Shown: positions 1 to 9,603 of the stretch, piece by piece
How the letters are laid out: each line of letters starts with the position of its first letter
How positions within the stretch are numbered: the first letter of the stretch is position 1
DNA from: Minisyncoccia bacterium
Lineage (GTDB): Bacteria; Patescibacteriota; Minisyncoccia; Phycocordibacterales; UBA918
Assembly: GCA_041750655.1 (NCBI GenBank)
Contig: JBGSYZ010000017.1
Location: 4,142 to 68,141, forward strand
DNA: 64,000 nucleotides
Reading direction: 5' to 3'
Notes under the pieces: generated by a model
The model's input: the letters and a program-made list of their open reading frames with translations, nothing else
Told to the model about the DNA's origin: nothing
The model's database searches: none
Made by a program: the position numbers and the translations under genes

Positions 1-3000
1 CTGTCTTCCGTTACGTTTGGTACTTCCGGTCGTTCCTACGGTACCGGTTCGAGCATGACCCTGGCTGCACAAAAGAAGACCGCTGCGGTAACTCCGGACA
101 CCTACGTGTACTACCTGGTGGCTCCAAGTGCTGGCGCCGGTACAGTGCAGATTGCTGGGTCACTCAATAACCGGCGCGCTAAAATTGACCTCTACGAACT
201 GCAAGACATTGATCAGTCAAGTCCAGTTGGCAATACCGCAGTTGCTGGTGGTAGTAGTGCTGCCAGTGTGACGGTCAATATCACCAATGCGCAGGCCGAT
301 AGCATTTTAATTGGCGGTCTGACGGTGAAAGACGGTACCAATTCAATTACGCCATCGGGTTATACTGAAGACGAACAGTCTGCTGTTGGCACCGCTTTCA
401 CTGGGTTGGCGGGCAGTACCGGCCACGAAACGAAGTCGAGCATCAGTGCCTCGAGCTGGTCGGGTACATTCTCGTCGTCTAACTTTACCACGGCCGCTGT
501 CGCTGAGTTTAAGCAGGCACCGGTCACACTAACGGCATTCGGTTCGTTCACCGGAACACTCTATGAGAGTGACGGCGTCACCCCGATCACGACCCAACCA
601 ACGATAAAATTGGCGATCGGTACCAGTACCCCCAGTGCTACTACCACCGTAGCCGCTGCTGATGGAACGTACAGTTTTTCTGGCATTAGTACAACGAGTA
701 TTTTAGTTGACACGCCAATTACGGCCTTCGTCGACGCGACCAGTACGTTGCGCGCGGCGACAATCTCAAAAATAGCCACCACTTCTGGAGGTGTCGCTAG
801 CCTTGATTTGTATCAGGATACGGTAATAGTAAAACAAGAAGGTGCGACCAGTACCACGTTGTCTGACTTGGCCTTTTACGACAGCACCGTTGATAGTGAT
901 GTTCAGTTTACTGCTTCGAGCTCGCTCGACTCGCTCAATGTTCTCAGTGGCCAGACGTTTTATATTGCAAATGGCTCAGCGTTCGCTGCCGCTGCGTCAA
1001 CCACACTCTCGGGCTCTTTTGTAAATAATGGTACTTCCACACACGCTGGTGAAACGCTCCGTCTCACCGGTTCGGGGAAGACTTTGTCGGGCGCGCTCAC
1101 TGGCGGTAACGCATTTGGTAATGTCATCGTCACTGGTGATTATGAGTTTTTGAATACGGCTGAACTGGCTGATTTTAACATTACCAACGGTACCACCACA
1201 GCAACGAGTACCCTGACCATCACTGGTGACTACACCAACGCTGGTGTCTTTGTACACAACAACGGGACGGTGGTGTTTGCCAGCACCAGTCAGCAAACGG
1301 CGACGGGTACGATGACCGGTACCAGTGCGTTTTATAACCTCACCATAGACAATACGTCACAGAACGGCACCACCAGCCAGTCGGTTATTTTAGGCGCCGC
1401 CGCCTCGAGCACCAATACCTTTACGGTCACGGCGAGTTCGTCTGTTCAGTTTATGTCTGGCCAAGATTACTCTTTCGGCGATCTTAACTGGGACGGTACT
1501 TCAGGTTCACCAGTGTGGTTACTCTCGAGTAGTGTCGGCGTTCCGTGGATGCTTAATGTCACTGGTACACAAATCAATGTCAACTATGTAAATGTTCGAG
1601 ATTCCAATGCTGCTCAGACCACAGGCAGCGTACTGGCCGACACCAACTCAATAGATATGGGCGGCAATACCAACTGGACTTTTGCTAATGGATCACCTGT
1701 AAATTGGAATTCATCCAGTTGGACTCTTTATGACACTATTACTATCAGTGCGTCTAATATCGATGATGCGCTGACCGACTTCCCGGTATATGTTGACTTA
1801 TCCGATCTCTCAGCGACATTCTGGAGCACGACTCCCAGCGCTACTAACTACGTTGGTAGCGACATCCGTGTTACCACAGATAGTGGCTCACCAACCGAAC
1901 TGCCACGAGAACTGGTGTTCGCGTCAAGCACAACACAAACTGGTGAACTCTGGTTTAAGGCCAATTCCATTAGCTCCACGACCGACACTACCTTCCGTGT
2001 CTATTACAACGGCACGTCCACCGGTGATTACGCCTCGACTACAACGTACGGTTCGCAAAACGTTTGGACAAACGGCTTTGAAGCCGTCTACCACTTCAAC
2101 GAAGATCCAGGCGTAGCTGGTGCTGGTGAGATTATCGACTCAACTGGAAATGGAAACGACGGTACCGACAATGGTTCAATGACCAGCGCTGATAGGGTAG
2201 CGGGTAAGACGGGGTACTCCTTTGATTTAGACGGTAGTAACGACTACATTAATTTTACCGACATTGACTATGCTTCAGCGCCGTTTACGATGAGCGCGTG
2301 GGGCAAAACGACAAACAGCGGTGCACAGCGACTGATTACAAAATCGAACGGCACTACGCAACCGCAGAGTATTATTACTGCTGCCAGTAGTCTGGAATAC
2401 AACTTCGATAATTATGGTACCGCTTTCACTTCATACAGCACGACACAACACCGCAATGGTAATTGGCATTACTTCGTCGGTACGGCAGATGCAAGTTACG
2501 GATACGCCTATTTCGATGGTACGGCAGTAGCGAGCACCTCACATGACAACACTTGGGCAACTGACAATTCCACCTGGAAGGCCGGGTCAATTGACGGCAC
2601 GGGGGAGTTTTGGACCGGTCAAATCGACGAAGTTCGTATTGCTTCATCGACCCGCAGCGATGCATGGGTTAAGGCTGAATACTATAACCAAGCAACCACG
2701 ACTGATTTTTATACAGTGAACAAAGTGATGCCAATTACTATTACAGGAATTCTTTATTCTGATGAAGGTGTTACTCAAATTACGTCAGGTAAAACGATCA
2801 AACTCATGGTCGGTACCAGTACGTACGATAGTGTCTTTGCTACCACCACCGATAGCGGGGCGGGGACATTTCATTTTAATGTTCCTGACACTTATCTAGC
2901 CGCTGGTCTTAATCTGCTTACCGCGTGGGTTGATGGTGATAGTGGTACGCGGGCGGCACTGGTGTACAAACTCAACGGTACAACCACAGACGTAACCGGA

Positions 3001-6000
3001 ATCGACTTGTACCAGAACCATGTGAGTGTCCGTAGTGAGGACGGCGGTATTTATAGCCCGGTGACAGCAGCTGATCTAGCACGGTACGATGCTACCGCCG
3101 ACATCGATATCCAGTTCGACGCGGCCACCACTGGTGGCACGGCCCTCACTGTCTATCCCGGCAATGAGCTGTACCTGTGGCCAGGGACTGTATTTGTGCC
3201 TGGTAATTCAGTTGTACTCCAAGGCAACGCTGGCAGTGGCACCGACGGATCGCTTGAGCTTACGAGTGGAGCAGCGCTCTACATGGCCTCAGGCACGCTT
3301 TCTGTAGCGGGTAATTTTACCGCAGCAACTGATAGCTACTTTATTGAACCAGCTGGTGGCCTCTTCTTCACCGCCACAACTACCGGTAAAACAATAGACG
3401 CTGCTTTTACAGCCAACTACATTGATTTAGAAAATATAACCTTTAACGGTAGCGGCGGAGGGTGGACATTCTCTAGTAACGCTACCGCTACTGACCTCAC
3501 TATTAGTGCCGGTAGTGTGGCTATAGCATCAGGGAAAGTGTTGACTATTCAGGGTGACTTCAGCAACAGCGGTACCTTCAGCAACAGCGGTACTTTGTTA
3601 TTTGGTCCCGGTGAAGGCTACGACATGAACACTGCCGTATTTAATAGCAACGTCAACTTGGTTAGTGACATTGCTTCAGCCCGAGGTATGGACTTCAGTT
3701 CTGATGGAACCAGGCTATTTGTCACAGATTCAACAAACAATGACATTACGGAATACGTCTTGTCTACTCCGTGGGACGTATCGAGTCGAGGAGCTGGTAC
3801 AGCAAAAAATGTTTCGGCTCAGTTGACGCCCTGGACGATTCGGGTGACTCCAGAGGGTAAGACTATATACGTAACCCCTGCATCAGGCAATACGATTTAC
3901 AAGTATGAATTGGCAACTGCTTGGGATATGAGCACGGCTGGGTATGTCGGTACTGTCAGTTTAACTGAAGTCGGAGGAGGTATCCGTGTAATGCGGTTTA
4001 GTCCTGATGGCCTGACGTTTTATGTTGGAGTTGAAAATGTTCTTACATACCAACTGTCCGTGCCATGGGATATCTCAACGGCTACGTATCTGCGCCACTA
4101 TGATTTCACAGCGCAGGAAGCTGAATTACATGGTTTAGAGTTCAACCCGAACGGTACTCAGATATACGTAACGGGTCGGGCTGGAGATGATGTGAATGTG
4201 TACAACCTAGCTACACCGTGGGAACTATCCACCTCTTCTATCTCGTACGTGAATACCCCGCTAGTATTAACTACTGCTGAACCTCGTTCGTCGGCCATAA
4301 ATAGTGACGGTACAAAATACTTTACTATAAGTGACACTGCTACTATTTTGTCTACGTATGACTTATCCGAAATACCCCAGACAATTTCTGGCAATCTCAG
4401 TGGAGCGAGTAATCTTGGTGATATAACGATACGTTCGGCCACTTCTACCTCGTTTAGTAATAATGCTTCAACAACGGACTTCGTCATTGAAAATGGTGTA
4501 GTGACAGCACCGAGCCTGCTTTCTGTCGCCGGCAACTACACTAATAATAGTGTCTTTGACGCCAACAGTGGGGAAGTAGTGTTCAACGGCGCCAGCCAGC
4601 AAACTGCCACTGGTTCGCTCAGTGGCACCAGCGCCTTTGCCGACCTAACCATCAGCAATACCTCACAAAACGGTACAACGAGCCAATCAGTTATATTCGG
4701 TGCTGTGGCTTCCACTACTGGTACGTTTACTATGATTGCTAGTACCTCCGCTCAATTCTTAGCTAACGCGACCAATACATTTCAAAATGTCAGCATTAAT
4801 GGCGGGTCAAATGTGTCCGAAGCATGGCTCCGTTCTAGTACTGGTGGAACGGAGTGGTATATGGCCGTGCCGGGTACATCAGACGTAAACTATGCAAATA
4901 TAAAAGATTCCAATGTTTGTGGTTCGGTTGGTGGGGGACTGACAGCCACTTCTAGTACCGATGTAAGTAATAATACCTGTTGGACATTTGTCGATACGAT
5001 AGAGGCCGGTGATATTATTTTGGCTGATCATAGCACCGGTCAGGCTGATAGCACATTTTCTTTTCAAAATGAGACTGACCAAGTTTTATTCACTTTTCAA
5101 ATGAGTACCAGTACCGAAGCGGAAATTATCAGCAACCTAGTAGTTTCACTATCGGGTATCAGAAAAATGAATACCGGTAATCTCTTAAATATTAAACTGT
5201 ATCGTGACATAGATAGTAATGGAACCTATGACCCTGAAAATGATGTTCAGGTTGGTGGTTCTGGTGTATTAAGTATAGAAGGGCAGACAGGGTCTATTGA
5301 GTTTGGTACCAGCTTTACTGCAACTGGAACCCACGATTATATTTTGGTAGCTGATACGTACGCATTGTTATCTAGTGCTCAGGCCATCCTTGATTTGTTT
5401 GCTTCAGGCATTACTGCACTTGGTCAGAACAGTGGTCTACCACCTACGATTTCTGGTACTGTCTCTTCAATCCAGCAAATTCGTGGAGGGACAGGTGGAG
5501 GAGGGTCGTCTGCCTCAATTGGCGGGTCAGCACCTGCAGGTAATGGTGTTGTAAGTGGCGGCGGTTCTGGTGGGGGAGGTCAAGTTGATACTAATACTGG
5601 TGGCGGACTAATTGGAAACCCTCCAGGATTTTACTGGCCAACTAACAATTCTGGTAGTTGGACCAATCCAAGCAATGCCTACGATAAAACCGATGGAACG
5701 TATGCTTCAGATAATAGTGGTGTAAGCAATGAGTACGGTGAGTATACTGGTCTCAGTATTCCTGGCGGAAATACGATACAAGGAATTGAAGTTAAACTTG
5801 AAATATCAGGTACTACAGCTGCAGGAAACATTGGTATCGAGTTATCATGGGATGGTGGTAATACTTGGACAGCCACTGGATACACCACTCCAACACTAAC
5901 CACTACCGATACAGTTGTTTCAGTTGGTGGGCCGAGTACCTTGTGGGGAAGAAGTTGGTCAGCAAGTGAGTTTAATGGCACTAATTTCCAAGTCAGATTG

Positions 6001-6102
6001 ACAGGCAGTCCTTCATCGAACACGGTGCAAGTGGACGCAATACAGGTTCGTGTCTATCACCAGACAGATGGTGGCTCAGGCGGTGGGGGCGGCGCAATTT
6101 AG
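1..6102 (+). CDS. Giant secreted/surface repeat protein, 5'-partial (frame open from nt 1; first in-window Met at 55). DUF2341/LamG-like lectin region, about 7 beta-propeller-type 'PWD[IV]S' repeats, an internally duplicated module, Gly-rich C-terminus.
   Basis: The ORF is 2015 aa with no stop from nt 1. Composition is Thr/Ser/Gly-rich. A LamG/DUF2341-like segment reads '...WFKANS...YHFNEDPG...GKTGYSFDLDGSNDYINFTD...WGKT'. Tandem roughly 50-aa repeats end in 'L(A/S)TPWD(V/I/M)S'. There is no C-terminal LPXTG. Confidence 0.75.
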   Translation: MSSVTFGTSGRSYGTGSSMTLAAQKKTAAVTPDTYVYYLVAPSAGAGTVQIAGSLNNRRAKIDLYELQDIDQSSPVGNTAVAGGSSAASVTVNITNAQADSILIGGLTVKDGTNSITPSGYTEDEQSAVGTAFTGLAGSTGHETKSSISASSWSGTFSSSNFTTAAVAEFKQAPVTLTAFGSFTGTLYESDGVTPITTQPTIKLAIGTSTPSATTTVAAADGTYSFSGISTTSILVDTPITAFVDATSTLRAATISKIATTSGGVASLDLYQDTVIVKQEGATSTTLSDLAFYDSTVDSDVQFTASSSLDSLNVLSGQTFYIANGSAFAAAASTTLSGSFVNNGTSTHAGETLRLTGSGKTLSGALTGGNAFGNVIVTGDYEFLNTAELADFNITNGTTTATSTLTITGDYTNAGVFVHNNGTVVFASTSQQTATGTMTGTSAFYNLTIDNTSQNGTTSQSVILGAAASSTNTFTVTASSSVQFMSGQDYSFGDLNWDGTSGSPVWLLSSSVGVPWMLNVTGTQINVNYVNVRDSNAAQTTGSVLADTNSIDMGGNTNWTFANGSPVNWNSSSWTLYDTITISASNIDDALTDFPVYVDLSDLSATFWSTTPSATNYVGSDIRVTTDSGSPTELPRELVFASSTTQTGELWFKANSISSTTDTTFRVYYNGTSTGDYASTTTYGSQNVWTNGFEAVYHFNEDPGVAGAGEIIDSTGNGNDGTDNGSMTSADRVAGKTGYSFDLDGSNDYINFTDIDYASAPFTMSAWGKTTNSGAQRLITKSNGTTQPQSIITAASSLEYNFDNYGTAFTSYSTTQHRNGNWHYFVGTADASYGYAYFDGTAVASTSHDNTWATDNSTWKAGSIDGTGEFWTGQIDEVRIASSTRSDAWVKAEYYNQATTTDFYTVNKVMPITITGILYSDEGVTQITSGKTIKLMVGTSTYDSVFATTTDSGAGTFHFNVPDTYLAAGLNLLTAWVDGDSGTRAALVYKLNGTTTDVTGIDLYQNHVSVRSEDGGIYSPVTAADLARYDATADIDIQFDAATTGGTALTVYPGNELYLWPGTVFVPGNSVVLQGNAGSGTDGSLELTSGAALYMASGTLSVAGNFTAATDSYFIEPAGGLFFTATTTGKTIDAAFTANYIDLENITFNGSGGGWTFSSNATATDLTISAGSVAIASGKVLTIQGDFSNSGTFSNSGTLLFGPGEGYDMNTAVFNSNVNLVSDIASARGMDFSSDGTRLFVTDSTNNDITEYVLSTPWDVSSRGAGTAKNVSAQLTPWTIRVTPEGKTIYVTPASGNTIYKYELATAWDMSTAGYVGTVSLTEVGGGIRVMRFSPDGLTFYVGVENVLTYQLSVPWDISTATYLRHYDFTAQEAELHGLEFNPNGTQIYVTGRAGDDVNVYNLATPWELSTSSISYVNTPLVLTTAEPRSSAINSDGTKYFTISDTATILSTYDLSEIPQTISGNLSGASNLGDITIRSATSTSFSNNASTTDFVIENGVVTAPSLLSVAGNYTNNSVFDANSGEVVFNGASQQTATGSLSGTSAFADLTISNTSQNGTTSQSVIFGAVASTTGTFTMIASTSAQFLANATNTFQNVSINGGSNVSEAWLRSSTGGTEWYMAVPGTSDVNYANIKDSNVCGSVGGGLTATSSTDVSNNTCWTFVDTIEAGDIILADHSTGQADSTFSFQNETDQVLFTFQMSTSTEAEIISNLVVSLSGIRKMNTGNLLNIKLYRDIDSNGTYDPENDVQVGGSGVLSIEGQTGSIEFGTSFTATGTHDYILVADTYALLSSAQAILDLFASGITALGQNSGLPPTISGTVSSIQQIRGGTGGGGSSASIGGSAPAGNGVVSGGGSGGGGQVDTNTGGGLIGNPPGFYWPTNNSGSWTNPSNAYDKTDGTYASDNSGVSNEYGEYTGLSIPGGNTIQGIEVKLEISGTTAAGNIGIELSWDGGNTWTATGYTTPTLTTTDTVVSVGGPSTLWGRSWSASEFNGTNFQVRLTGSPSSNTVQVDAIQVRVYHQTDGGSGGGGGAI
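1230..1452 (+). repeat. Intragenic duplicated module, copy 1 ('...YTNAGVF..VVFASTSQQTATG..SAFYNLTIDNTSQNGTTSQSVILGA...SSVQF'). Copy 2 is at about 4531..4758.
   Basis: The two copies are near-identical over about 65 aa at protein level (QQTATG...NTSQNGTTSQSVI.GA). They are diverged at nucleotide level. Confidence 0.6.
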
Positions 6103-6320
6103 CTCAAATTCTATCCGAAATAACTAATGAAAATATAGCTATTTCGCCAAGTCGCTCAACGTTATTAAAAAGTAAAATTTACTAATATTACTATAGTAGA
6201 TATGGAAAAATCAGATAGACTAAAACATGGAAAAATAGGGCTGAGGATAAGTAATCAGACGGTTTTCATTGCTTGCAGTATAGTTATACCGTAATAAGTA
6301 CCTAAATATATAAATTAATT

Positions 6321-7361
6321 ATGATAAGAGTAGCTATTAATGGGTTTGGTCGAATCGGAAGAACATTTTTTCGTATGGCATTTGACCACCCCGATTTTGA
6401 GATTGTAGCCATTAACGATTTGGGGGATTTAGAAAATCTGGCTTACTTACTCAGATACGACACTGTCTATGGACGTAGTGGTTTTGAGGTTGAAGTAAAG
6501 GATACTAATCTACTGTTGGTAAATGGCAAAGAAGTACAATTTAGTCAGGTTCGTGACCCGTTAACGTTGCCGTGGAAGGAGCATGATATTGATATTGTTT
6601 TGGAAGCGACCGGAGTGTTTGCTGGGTATGCAAAGTCAAAAGCTCATCTTGAAGCCGGAGCTAAGCGGGTGGTAATTTCAGCTCCAGTAAAAGATGACCC
6701 AGTAGCAGCTGGTGTTGATGGTGCGACGGTACTGATGGGGGTGAATGATGAAGCTTTAAACACTTGTAGCATAAGTTCAAATGCTTCATGTACCACTAAT
6801 GCTACTAGTCCACTCATCTCAATTTTGAAAGCTGGCATTGGTATAGAAAAAGCTGTACTCAACACTGTGCACGCGTACACGGCTACTCAGTCATTACAAG
6901 ATGGACCAAGTAAAAAAGATTTGCGCTCAGGTAGAGCAGCCGCTCAAAATATTATTCCGACTTCAACCGGAGCAGCTGTCGCCACCACTTTGGCACACAC
7001 AGATTTAACTGGTAAGTTTGATGGTATTGCTATGCGTGTGCCGGTACCAGTTGGATCGATTGTTGACGTGACGTTTATTGCCTCGCGCGAAACTTCAGTT
7101 GAAGAAGTAAATAAGATTATGAAAGAAGCTGCTGAGTCTAAGGCCTGGCAAAAATTATTTGCAGTTACTGAAGAACCAGTTGTATCATCCGATATTATTG
7201 GAGCACGGTACGCTTCGATAGCTGACTTAGCCTTTACTCGAGTAGTGGGTGGTAATCTTGTAAAGGTTTTGGCTTGGTATGATAATGAAACCAGCTACAC
7301 GCATACACTCGTCGAGCACGTAGCTGCTATCTCAAAATTTCTCAGTCGTAAAGAATCATGA
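6321..7361 (+). CDS. gap: Glyceraldehyde-3-phosphate dehydrogenase
   Basis: The N-terminal Rossmann motif 'RVAINGFGRIGR' is present. The 346-aa length is typical of GAPDH. Confidence 0.9.
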   Translation: MIRVAINGFGRIGRTFFRMAFDHPDFEIVAINDLGDLENLAYLLRYDTVYGRSGFEVEVKDTNLLLVNGKEVQFSQVRDPLTLPWKEHDIDIVLEATGVFAGYAKSKAHLEAGAKRVVISAPVKDDPVAAGVDGATVLMGVNDEALNTCSISSNASCTTNATSPLISILKAGIGIEKAVLNTVHAYTATQSLQDGPSKKDLRSGRAAAQNIIPTSTGAAVATTLAHTDLTGKFDGIAMRVPVPVGSIVDVTFIASRETSVEEVNKIMKEAAESKAWQKLFAVTEEPVVSSDIIGARYASIADLAFTRVVGGNLVKVLAWYDNETSYTHTLVEHVAAISKFLSRKES

Positions 7362-7819
7362 AAATCTATCTAGCCACTGATCATGCCGGGTTTGAATTAA
7401 AAAATGTTATTAAGGAACATCTAGAAAAAACCGGCTTATATGAGGTGGAAGATTGTGGAGCGTTTACACATGAACCACTCGATGATTATCCTGATTATAT
7501 AAGTGAAGCAGCTAAAAAAGTTTCTTGCAGCCCAACAGATTCTCGAGCAATAATTTTTGGTGGATCCGGGCAAGGTGAAGCAATGTTAGCTAATCGGTAT
7601 AAAAATGTCCGAGCTGCTGTGTACTACGGCGGTCCAAAAGAAATCGTCACCCTTTCTCGTGAACATAACGATAGTAATATTTTTTCGCTCGGCGCCCGAT
7701 TTGTCTCTCACTCTGAAGCGATAGAAGTTGTTGATGTATGGCTTGAAACTGGATTTTTGTCTGACGATAAATATATCAGACGTGTTAAGAAGGCTGAGCG
7801 TTTATCTGCCCTAAGGTGA
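7358..7819 (+). CDS. rpiB: Ribose-5-phosphate isomerase B (RpiB/LacAB family)
   Basis: 'MKIYLATDHAGFELK...' is the classic RpiB start. It is 153 aa and overlaps gap by 4 nt (ATGA). Confidence 0.85.
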   Translation: MKIYLATDHAGFELKNVIKEHLEKTGLYEVEDCGAFTHEPLDDYPDYISEAAKKVSCSPTDSRAIIFGGSGQGEAMLANRYKNVRAAVYYGGPKEIVTLSREHNDSNIFSLGARFVSHSEAIEVVDVWLETGFLSDDKYIRRVKKAERLSALR

Positions 7820-7831
7820 TAAAATAGCTTT

Positions 7832-8317
7832 ATGGTGTTTAAAAATCATACACAAAGAGGGTTTACGTTGATCGAACTTTTAATTGTGATTATGATTATT
7901 GGTGTGTTGGCGGCCGTGGTAATTCCTGCTCTACAAAGAGCTCGAGATAAAGCGGTGGATGCCAAAAGAATAGGTGAGGCCGATGGAGTGCGTAAAGCTT
8001 TGGAACAATATTTTAATGAGAATGATGAGTACCCTGATGATGGGGTGAGTAACAACGAAGTATTCTTGAGCACTCTTGATTCAGCATTAGTCCCAGAATT
8101 TATACTCGGTATTCCAATAGACCCAGTTTTTGGTGATACTGCCACGGGGTATAAATATTGTGTAACTGATGATTTAGAAAGTTATCATATTAGAATTCAC
8201 CTAAATGATGATGGGAATGCTAGTACAACAGATTATTGTGGGGTACAAAGAGGAAACGATGCAGTCAGTGCTTGCCCGAATGCTGCCATTGATGATCTAT
8301 GTTCAGACCGCTTCTAA
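7832..8317 (+). CDS. Type IV pilin-like / pseudopilin (prepilin N-terminal cleavage-methylation motif)
   Basis: A 10-aa leader precedes 'G|FTLIELLIVIMIIGVLAAVV'. The Glu at +5 is conserved. Confidence 0.8.
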   Translation: MVFKNHTQRGFTLIELLIVIMIIGVLAAVVIPALQRARDKAVDAKRIGEADGVRKALEQYFNENDEYPDDGVSNNEVFLSTLDSALVPEFILGIPIDPVFGDTATGYKYCVTDDLESYHIRIHLNDDGNASTTDYCGVQRGNDAVSACPNAAIDDLCSDRF

Positions 8318-8322
8318 AAAAT

Positions 8323-8871
8323 ATGATTACTAAACAAAAAACACACTTTGGTTTTACTCTCATAGAGTTAATGGTAGTTATTGCTATCATCGGCTTTTTG
8401 TCAGCTGTTATTTTAGTATCACTTAACAAAGCAAGAGATAAGGGTGAGAACGCAGAAATGATTCAACAAGTTCGAGAATATATTAATGCTATTCAACTTT
8501 CATACGTACCAAATGGCAATATGTTTCCAAATTACGGTTCGTCGGGCGGAGGTAAACAGTTGGGGTGCTTAGTGGTTACCAATGGTTCTAACCAGTGTCA
8601 TTTTAATACTACTTCTGCCACAGTAGTGGCGTATCCTTCTACGCCAAGGAACGTTATCGGTAATTATATAAAACTGGCCCCAATCAATCCGCCAATCGTT
8701 AGCTCTACTGGTAGGATTTTTGATAGTATTAAGTATGGTTCAGAACCAAATGGAAGTTACTTTGTTTTAGAATATCCAATGAAAAACACCACTAATTGTG
8801 GTGTACAAGATGCTTCGCAATTTGGTTCTTTGGTAGGAAATATAACTATTTGCCGCTATGTCTCCCGATAA
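8323..8871 (+). CDS. Type IV pilin-like / pseudopilin. Start chosen at 'MITKQKTHFG|FTLIEL', giving a 10-aa leader like its paralogues. The longest ORF starts at 8299.
   Basis: 'G|FTLIELMVVIAIIGFLSAVIL' prepilin motif. Confidence 0.75.
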   Translation: MITKQKTHFGFTLIELMVVIAIIGFLSAVILVSLNKARDKGENAEMIQQVREYINAIQLSYVPNGNMFPNYGSSGGGKQLGCLVVTNGSNQCHFNTTSATVVAYPSTPRNVIGNYIKLAPINPPIVSSTGRIFDSIKYGSEPNGSYFVLEYPMKNTTNCGVQDASQFGSLVGNITICRYVSR

Positions 8872-9553
8872 TAAAAATCAAAAAGTAGTTGTTGTTCCAT
8901 CATATCCAGCACCAACGTTTGAAGATTTGGCTGATGTAGCCATTGATATCAGTAGCGTGTCTGATGAGCTTCAGGTTGATATTGTTGATGGTGAATTTGT
9001 GGAGGCTATTTCGTGGCCATTTAATCAAACAGACACTGATACTGTTGAGGAGCTCGGTAGGCTTATGGAATTGCCTTCTGGTTTGTCGTTAGAGCTTGAT
9101 TGCATGGTGTTGGACCCAGTACAGTATCTGGACACTTTTGTTAGACTCGGGGTGGCACGTGTGATAATTCATTTTGGTAGTACTAATTATTATGAAGAGT
9201 GTCTGGAACATGCTGCTAATAATGATTACCTCATCGGTCTAGCTCTTTTGCCGAATACTGATTTTACAGAGGTTGCTGGCCTCATTGAAAAATTTGATTA
9301 TGTCCAAGTAATGGGTATTGCCGAGGTGGGCGCTCAAGGACAACCATTTGATGAACGAGCTTTAGATTTGATTGCCATCATCAGAGCAAATTTTCCTGAT
9401 AAAGATATTGCAGTCGATGGTGCAGTAAACGCACAGACTATTCCGGCACTAGTAGCTGCTGGAGCCAATCGTCTAGCTCCAGGATCAGCCATCGTGGCAG
9501 CAGCTGACAGAGTAGAAGCATATGGAACGTTGTCGTTTTTAGCTAACAATTAA
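8858..9553 (+). CDS. rpe: Ribulose-phosphate 3-epimerase-like TIM-barrel protein
   Basis: 'VDIVDGEFV', 'LDCMVLDP', 'VMGIAEVGAQGQPF' and 'IAVDGAVN...AGANRLAPGSAI' parallel Rpe motifs (HLDVMDG, HLMV, MSVNPGFGGQ, DGGV...GSAIF). Confidence 0.65.
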   Translation: MSPDNKNQKVVVVPSYPAPTFEDLADVAIDISSVSDELQVDIVDGEFVEAISWPFNQTDTDTVEELGRLMELPSGLSLELDCMVLDPVQYLDTFVRLGVARVIIHFGSTNYYEECLEHAANNDYLIGLALLPNTDFTEVAGLIEKFDYVQVMGIAEVGAQGQPFDERALDLIAIIRANFPDKDIAVDGAVNAQTIPALVAAGANRLAPGSAIVAAADRVEAYGTLSFLANN

Positions 9554-9603
9554 CAGTTTGGAGAGCTGAAGTACATTTTTAGTCTGGTATACTGAAAGTC
9601 AAT

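Noticed and set aside
1230-4758. Duplicated 65-aa module in the giant protein as a mutagenic (DGR-like) target
   Set aside because: The copies are conserved at protein level but heavily diverged at nucleotide level, with no A-specific pattern. This is consistent with an old intragenic duplication.
1-6102. Giant protein as substrate of the sortase in this window
   Set aside because: No LPXTG-like motif plus hydrophobic tail is present at its C-terminus, which ends in a Gly-rich tract.
6321-7819. Alternative genetic code (UGA recoding as in some CPR lineages)
   Set aside because: Conserved genes terminate at TGA (gap, rpiB) and at TAA/TAG, with full-length products. There is no sign of in-frame UGA read-through.
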